DNA from: an uncultured Pseudomonadota bacterium
GTDB lineage: Bacteria; Myxococcota_A; Polyangia; Fen-1088
Assembly: GCA_963847705.1 (NCBI GenBank)
Contig: CAWKBC010000004.1
Coordinates: forward strand, 1-33,999
Direction of reading: 5' to 3'
Length of the DNA stretch: 33,999 nt
Shown here: positions 28,719 to 33,999 of the stretch, piece by piece
Layout: the number at the start of each line of letters is the position of its first letter
Numbering within the stretch: the stretch's first letter is position 1
Notes under the pieces: model-generated
What the model was told of the DNA's origin: nothing
Databases searched by the model: none
What the model saw: the letters and a program-made list of their open reading frames with translations, nothing else
Translations under genes and position numbers: made by a program

Positions 28719-29452
28719 TCAAGCTGCGCCATCTGGCGGCGGCAAGCGCCGCCGTGCTCACCCTGGCCGTCGCCGTGCCGCCCGCCTCGGCGCAGTGGAT
28801 CGTCTACGACCCGACCAACTTCAGCCAGAACGTGCTGACCGCCGCGCGCGAGCTGCAGCAGATCAACAACCAGATCACGATGCTGACCAACCAGGCGAGA
28901 TGCTGGTCAACCAGGCGCGCAACCTCGCCAACCTGCCGATGTCGACGCTGACCCAGCTTCAGTCGTCGATCGCCCAGACCCAGTCGCTGCTCAGCCAGGC
29001 GCAGAACATCGCCTTCAACGTCCAGCGAATCGAGCACGGCCTATTCGACCAGCTACGGCGCGGCCGCCGGCACAGGGTCGACCACCGCCATGGTCGCCAA
29101 CGCCCAGACGCGCTGGCAGAACTCCGTCGCCGCCTTCGAGGACAGCCTGAAGGTCCAGGCCGGCGTCGTCGGCAACATCCCGACCAACTCCAGCGCCATG
29201 ACCTCGCTGGTCACGGCCAGCCAGAGCGCGACCGGCGCGCTGCAGGCCGCACAGGCCGGCAACCAGCTTCTGGCGCTGCAATCCCAGCAGCTCTCCGACC
29301 TCGTCGCGGTGCTGTCCGCCAAGGGCCGGGCCGATGCGCTGGAGCAGGCGCGTACCGCCGCGGCCGAGGCGCAAGGCCAGCAGAACTACAAGACCTTCTC
29401 GACGCGCACCGGCTACCAGCCCGGCAACGTCACCATGTTCAGCGGCAACTGA
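28715..29452 (+). CDS. trbJ: TrbJ/VirB5 (frameshifted)
   Basis: Signal peptide, IVYDPTNFSQNVLTAARELQQINNQI, SQSATGALQAAQAGNQLLALQ. Confidence 0.9.
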
Positions 29453-29458
29453 GGCGCG

Positions 29459-29791
29459 GTGATGCTGGGACGGTCGGAAATCTTCCGCGCCGCCGCGATC
29501 GTCGCCCTGATCGCGGTCGCCATCACGGCTCTTGTGGTGACCAACCGGCGCCACTCGGCCCCCATTGCCGAGACCCCTCCGACCATCGCCACACCAGCAT
29601 CCGATGACCTCTCGGCCGAGCTGCGCCGTTGCAGCGCGCTCGGTCCCCAGGATGCCGAAGATCCGCATTGCGTCGCGGTCTGGGAGGAGAACCGCCAGCG
29701 CTTCTTCGGCAGGCCGGCGCGGCCTCTGCCGCCACAAACGCCCCCAGGCGCTGCCGCGCCGGCCACCCCTTCTAAGGGAGATGCGCGATGA
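29459..29791 (+). CDS. trbK: Putative entry-exclusion protein, TrbK-alt type
   Basis: Between trbJ and trbL; N-terminal TM; ELRRC...C..VWEENRQRFFG two-cysteine motif; no lipobox. Confidence 0.78.
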   Translation: MMLGRSEIFRAAAIVALIAVAITALVVTNRRHSAPIAETPPTIATPASDDLSAELRRCSALGPQDAEDPHCVAVWEENRQRFFGRPARPLPPQTPPGAAAPATPSKGDAR

Positions 29792-31149
29792 ACAACGTCG
29801 GCGTCATCGACACCTTCCTCAACACCTTCACCACCTACATCGATTCCGGCTTCGGCCTGATCAAGGGCGAGGTCGGCTATCTCTCGTCCACGCTGATCGT
29901 CATCGACATCACGCTGGCGGGCCTGTTCTGGGCCTGGGGCGCCGACGAGGACATCCTCCAGCGCCTGGTGAAGAAGACCCTCTACATCGGCTTCTTCGCC
30001 TTCATCATCAACAACTTCAACAATCTCTCGGCCATCGTCTTCAACAGCTTCGCCGGCCTCGGCCTGAAGGCGGGCGGCTCGTCTATCAGCACCGCCGACT
30101 TCCTGCGGCCGGGCAAGCTCGCCCAGGTCGGGCTCGACGCCGGACAGCCGCTGCTCGATGCGGCCAACCAGATGATGGGCTTCACCAGCTTCTTCGCGAA
30201 CTTCGTGCAGATCGCGGTGCTGATGGTCTCGTGGGTCCTGGTGCTGATCGCCTTCTTCATTCTGGCGGTCCAGCTCTTCGTCACGCTGATCGAGTTCAAG
30301 CTGACGACGCTCGCCGGCTTCATCCTCATTCCCTTCGCGCTCTTCAACAAGACCGCCTTCCTCGCCGAGAAGGTGCTCGGCAACATCGTCGCGTCCGGCA
30401 TCAAGGTGATGGTGCTGGCCGTCATCGTCGGCATCGGCACCGGGCTCTTCTCGCAGTTCACGCAGACCTACGCCGGCGGCCAGCCGACGGTCGAGCAAGC
30501 GCTGTCCGTCGTGCTGGCCGCCCTCGCCATGCTGGGCCTCGGCATCTTCGGCCCCGGCATCGCCACCGGCCTGGTCTCCGGCGCGCCCCAGCTCGGCGCG
30601 GGCGCCGCCGTCGGCACTGGCCTGGCCGTCGCGGGTACGGCGATGGCCGGCGCCGGCGCGCTCGGCCTGGCCGGCAGGGGGGCGATGGCGGCGGCTTCCG
30701 GCACTGCCGCCGCCGCGCGCGGTGGGGCGGCAATGGCCGGCGGCGCGTCCTCCGCCTACAGCCTTGCTTCAGCCGGCCGGTCCGGCGCGTCGGGCGTCGC
30801 GGCCGGACTCGGCGGGGTCGGGCGAGCGGCCGCTTCAGCCGCCGCGGCTCCTGTGCGGCGCGCCGCCGCTCAAGCCGGCAGTTCGATGCGGGAAAGCTTC
30901 GCCGCCGGCGGCCGGTCCAGTTTCGCTGCAACCGGCGGATCATCGACCGGAGGGACGGTCGGCGGCAATTCACCAAGCACGCCCGCGGCGCCCACCGGCG
31001 GATCGGAGGGTTCCGGCCCACCGGCCTGGGCCCAGCGCATGAAGCGCAACCAGTCGATCGTCCACGGGACGCAGACCGCTGCGCAGGTCCTCAGGTCCGG
31101 CGACAGCCATGGCGGCGGCCATTCCGTCGATCTCTCTGGAGGAGAATAA
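29788..31149 (+). CDS. trbL: TrbL/VirB6
   Basis: YIDSGFGLI, LVKKTLYIG, TLIEFKL, GPGIATGLVSGAPQLG, Gly/Ala-rich tail, PPAWA. Confidence 0.94.
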   Translation: MNNVGVIDTFLNTFTTYIDSGFGLIKGEVGYLSSTLIVIDITLAGLFWAWGADEDILQRLVKKTLYIGFFAFIINNFNNLSAIVFNSFAGLGLKAGGSSISTADFLRPGKLAQVGLDAGQPLLDAANQMMGFTSFFANFVQIAVLMVSWVLVLIAFFILAVQLFVTLIEFKLTTLAGFILIPFALFNKTAFLAEKVLGNIVASGIKVMVLAVIVGIGTGLFSQFTQTYAGGQPTVEQALSVVLAALAMLGLGIFGPGIATGLVSGAPQLGAGAAVGTGLAVAGTAMAGAGALGLAGRGAMAAASGTAAAARGGAAMAGGASSAYSLASAGRSGASGVAAGLGGVGRAAASAAAAPVRRAAAQAGSSMRESFAAGGRSSFAATGGSSTGGTVGGNSPSTPAAPTGGSEGSGPPAWAQRMKRNQSIVHGTQTAAQVLRSGDSHGGGHSVDLSGGE

Positions 31150-31152
31150 GAG

Positions 31153-31842
31153 ATGGCGCTGTTTCGCCGCCCCACCGTTCGCTACGGTCGAACGCCCGAG
31201 CCTGAAACCCCCTATCAGCGCGCCGCCCAGGTGTGGGACGACCGCATCGGCTCGGCTCGGGTGCAGGCCAAGAACTGGCGGCTGATGGCCTTCGGCTCGC
31301 TCGCGCTGTCCATGGGTCTCGCCGGCGGTCTCGTCTGGCAATCGACCCACGGCACCATCGTCCCCTGGGTCGTGCAGGTCGACAAGCTCGGCCAGGCGCA
31401 GGCCGTCGCGCCCGCCGCCGCCGACTACACGCCCAGCGATCCGCAGGTTGCCTGGTATCTTGCGCACTTCATCCAGATCGTTCGGTCGCTGCCGGCCGAT
31501 CCGATCATCGTGCGGCAGAACTGGCTGCAGGCCTACGACTTCACCACCACCTCGGGCTCCCAGGCGCTCAACGACTATGCGCGCGCCAACGACCCCTTCG
31601 CCAAGCTCGGCAAGCAGCAGATCGCCATCGACGTATCTAGCGTGATCCGCGCGTCGCCCTCGAGCTTCCGCGTCGAATGGGTCGAGCATCGCTATCAAGA
31701 CGGCGCGCTCGCCGACAACACCCGTTGGACCGCGATCCTCACCATCGCGATCCAGACGCCGACTTCCGCCGACGTGCTCCGCAAGAACCCGCTCGGAGTC
31801 TACGTCACCGCCATCAACTGGTCGAAGGAGCTAGGACAATGA
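31153..31842 (+). CDS. trbF: TrbF/VirB8-like
   Basis: TPYQRAAQVWDDRIGSARVQAKNWR, NPLGVYV..INWSKEL. Confidence 0.95.
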   Translation: MALFRRPTVRYGRTPEPETPYQRAAQVWDDRIGSARVQAKNWRLMAFGSLALSMGLAGGLVWQSTHGTIVPWVVQVDKLGQAQAVAPAAADYTPSDPQVAWYLAHFIQIVRSLPADPIIVRQNWLQAYDFTTTSGSQALNDYARANDPFAKLGKQQIAIDVSSVIRASPSSFRVEWVEHRYQDGALADNTRWTAILTIAIQTPTSADVLRKNPLGVYVTAINWSKELGQ

Positions 31843-32912
31843 CCTCGCCGATTTCCATGGAAGCCGGCGGCCCGGCTTCGCGTCTTTTCACCATTCAGCA
31901 GAGCCGGAAAGGAGGGATTGCGCCTTTCCGTAAAGCCGCCCTGGCGGCTTTGCTGATGTCCGCCACTACGCTGGGCGGCTGCGCGCACAATTTCATTCCG
32001 CCCGACATCAATTACGACAGCGCGGCGCCGGCAAAGCTCACCATCGATCCGCCAGCGCCTATCAAGATCGTGGAGTTGCCCAAGCTGCTGCCGCTGCCCG
32101 GGCAACTGAAGCCGATCGACGGTGGCAAGCCGACACCCGAGGCCGCCGACCCGACCGTGCGCGTCAACCAGGCCAACGCCGCCGCGCGGATTCAGCCGGT
32201 GCGCAACGGCTTCATCAACGCGGTCCAGGTCTACCCGTTCTCCGGCGGGGCGCTCTACCAAGTCTATACGGCGCCCGGCGAGATTACCGACATCGCGCTG
32301 CAGGACGGCGAGCAGCTCGTCGGCTCCGGCCCCGTCGCCGCCGGCGACACCGTGCGCTGGATTATCGGCGATACCGAGAGCGGCACGGGCGCCACCAAGA
32401 AAGTTCACATCCTGGTCAAGCCGACGAGACCCGAGCTGCTCACCAATCTGGTCATCAACACGGATCGGCGGACCTACCTCCTCGAGCTGCGCTCGACCGA
32501 GAAGACCTATATGGCCTCAGTCTCCTGGCAGTATCCCGAAGATCAGCTCATCGCGCTTCGGCGGCAGAACCAGGAGGCCGACGCCGCCGCGCCGATTGCC
32601 AGCGGCGTCGATCTCGCCTCGATCAACTTCCGTTATGCAATCCAGGGCGACAACCCGGCCTGGCGTCCGCTGCGCGCCTTCGACGACGGGCACAAGGTCT
32701 ACATCGAATTCCCGAGCGGCATAGCCCAGGGCGAGATGCCGCCACTGTTCGTCATCGGACCGGCCGGCGGTTCCGAGCTGGTGAACTACCGGGTCAACCG
32801 CAACTATTACATCGTCGACCGCCTGTTCGCAGCCGCCGAATTGCGTCTCGGCGACAAGGATAGCGAGCGGCGCGTGCGCATCGTCCGCACCGATGGAAGG
32901 CCGCGGTCATGA
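31839..32912 (+). CDS. trbG: TrbG/VirB9
   Basis: ATGA overlap with trbF; LGGC lipobox-like motif, GDTVRWIIG, NLVINTDRRTY, FDDGHKVYI, VNYRV, YIVDRLF. Confidence 0.93.
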   Translation: MTSPISMEAGGPASRLFTIQQSRKGGIAPFRKAALAALLMSATTLGGCAHNFIPPDINYDSAAPAKLTIDPPAPIKIVELPKLLPLPGQLKPIDGGKPTPEAADPTVRVNQANAAARIQPVRNGFINAVQVYPFSGGALYQVYTAPGEITDIALQDGEQLVGSGPVAAGDTVRWIIGDTESGTGATKKVHILVKPTRPELLTNLVINTDRRTYLLELRSTEKTYMASVSWQYPEDQLIALRRQNQEADAAAPIASGVDLASINFRYAIQGDNPAWRPLRAFDDGHKVYIEFPSGIAQGEMPPLFVIGPAGGSELVNYRVNRNYYIVDRLFAAAELRLGDKDSERRVRIVRTDGRPRS

Positions 32913-33999
32913 CGGCGGAAGGTCCGGAAGAACAACCGCCGTCGCCGACGCCCGTCGTACCGCCCGACCTGCGGCTTCGGGGCGAACGGCCGCGCGTGAC
33001 ACGCTTGTCGCGCAGGGTGCTGATTGGGCTTGGCGCCGTTTCGGCGCTCGCTGTCGCGGGCGCGCTCGGCTACGCGCTCCAAACTCGCAACGCGGCGCAG
33101 AGCGGCCAGGAGCTGCTTTCCACGCAGAATCGTCCCTCCGCCGAGGGCCTCGCTGGCCTGCCGAAGGACTACACCGGCCTGCCGCGCCAGGCGCCCCCGC
33201 TTGGTCCGCCGCTGCCCGGCGATCTCGGCAAGCCGATCCTCAATGCCGGGGCCGCGCCCAACACCATCGCTCCTGGAACGGCGCCCGATCCGGAAGCGCA
33301 GCGCCGGGCGCAAGAGATCGAAGCCGCACGGCTCAGCCGTCTCTTTGCCCAGACCAATCAGAAGCCGCAGCCGATCGGTCTCGCCGCGCCGGGCGCGCCG
33401 GGCACTGCGGCGGGTCCGACGCCGACACCGCCGGTCGACGCCGGCGCCGCCCAGAACATGCAGGACCGCAAGACGGCATTCCTCAATGCTTCGACAGACA
33501 AGCGCACGGTCAGTCCGGACCGGCTCGACGCCAAGGCCTCGCCTTATGTCGTGCAGGCGGGCACCGTGATCCCCGCCGCTCTCATCACGGGCATCCGTTC
33601 CGATCTGCCCGGACAGATCACCGCCCAGGTGACAGAGGCGGTCTACGACAGCCCGACGGGCAAATATCTTCTGATCCCGCAGGGCGCAAAGCTGATCGGC
33701 CAATACGACAGCTCGGTCGCGTTCGGCCAGTCGCGCGTCCTCTTGGTCTGGACCCGCATCATCATGCCCGACGGCGCCTCGATCGTGCTGGAGCGCCAGC
33801 CCGGCGCCGACACGCAGGGCTATGCCGGGCTCGAGGACGAAGTCGACAACCATTGGGGCATGCTGTTCAAGGCCGCCGTGTTGTCTACTCTGCTCAGCGT
33901 CGGCGCTGAAGCCGGCACGAGCCAAGACGAGAACAACCTGGTGCAGGCGATCCGCAGCGGCGCATCAAACAGTATCAGCCAGACCGGCTCGCAGATCGT
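32909..33999 (+). CDS. trbI: TrbI/VirB10 (truncated by the window end)
   Basis: ATG 32909, open to the end: LRLRGERPRVTRLSR, TM, LGPPLPGDLG, AGTVIPAALITGIRSDLPG, LIPQGAKLIG, GYAGLEDEVDNHW. Confidence 0.93.
   Translation, partial: MTAEGPEEQPPSPTPVVPPDLRLRGERPRVTRLSRRVLIGLGAVSALAVAGALGYALQTRNAAQSGQELLSTQNRPSAEGLAGLPKDYTGLPRQAPPLGPPLPGDLGKPILNAGAAPNTIAPGTAPDPEAQRRAQEIEAARLSRLFAQTNQKPQPIGLAAPGAPGTAAGPTPTPPVDAGAAQNMQDRKTAFLNASTDKRTVSPDRLDAKASPYVVQAGTVIPAALITGIRSDLPGQITAQVTEAVYDSPTGKYLLIPQGAKLIGQYDSSVAFGQSRVLLVWTRIIMPDGASIVLERQPGADTQGYAGLEDEVDNHWGMLFKAAVLSTLLSVGAEAGTSQDENNLVQAIRSGASNSISQTGSQI

Larger units (their letters stand above)
1..33999. mobile_element. Internal part of a Tn4371/ICEMlSym-family ICE (P-type trb T4SS, MOBP relaxase); both ends outside the window
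   Basis: Gene order parB-like, MTase/helicase, toprim, DUF2493, DUF736, XRE, DUF2285, HTH, repA, parA, DUF2840, traF, SLT, relaxase, traG, copG, trbBCDEJKLFGI matches the known backbone of this family. No integrase or att site seen. Confidence 0.92.

Noticed and set aside
4532-29452. Calling the frameshifted genes true pseudogenes of a decaying ICE
   Set aside because: The breaks examined are insertions, many at synonymous positions, with catalytic motifs intact and no evident deletions; a consensus artefact is more likely, though raw reads are needed.
30590-31030. Gly/Ala-rich low-complexity stretch as a novel repeat protein
   Set aside because: This is the normal C-terminal tail of TrbL.
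1-33999. Integrase, att sites, IS elements, tRNA/rRNA, luxI/luxR quorum-sensing genes
   Set aside because: No supporting motifs found by eye in this window; they may lie outside it.

Overview
GC-rich window made up entirely of the backbone of a Tn4371/ICEMlSym-type integrative conjugative element (ICE), most likely from an alphaproteobacterium; the integrase and att ends lie outside the window. Left to right it contains: (1) an inverted DUF4238-like cargo gene; (2) a putative leading region on the + strand (large ParB-family protein, two small acidic ORFs, N6-MTase/strawberry-notch helicase fusion, TOPRIM protein, DUF2493/SLOG protein, small ORFs, DUF736) whose genes sit behind long hairpin leaders falling into two repeated motif families; (3) a QseC-QseM-FseA-RdfS-like transfer switch with twin palindromic operators and a candidate +1 programmed ribosomal frameshift at the WGLSF site; (4) repA-parA-RHH-DUF2840, with a candidate oriV inside the 3' end of repA (DnaA boxes, three iteron-like repeats, GANTC-containing AT-rich 12-mers); (5) traF, a second DUF736, a lytic transglycosylase, a candidate oriT and the relaxase; (6) traG-copG-trbBCDEJKLFGI, with trbI running off the right edge. 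Many conserved genes are broken by single-base insertions that often look like two synonymous alleles written one after the other. I read these as a consensus artefact from two or more related ICE copies rather than real decay. All family calls come from motif recognition and gene order; no database search was run.
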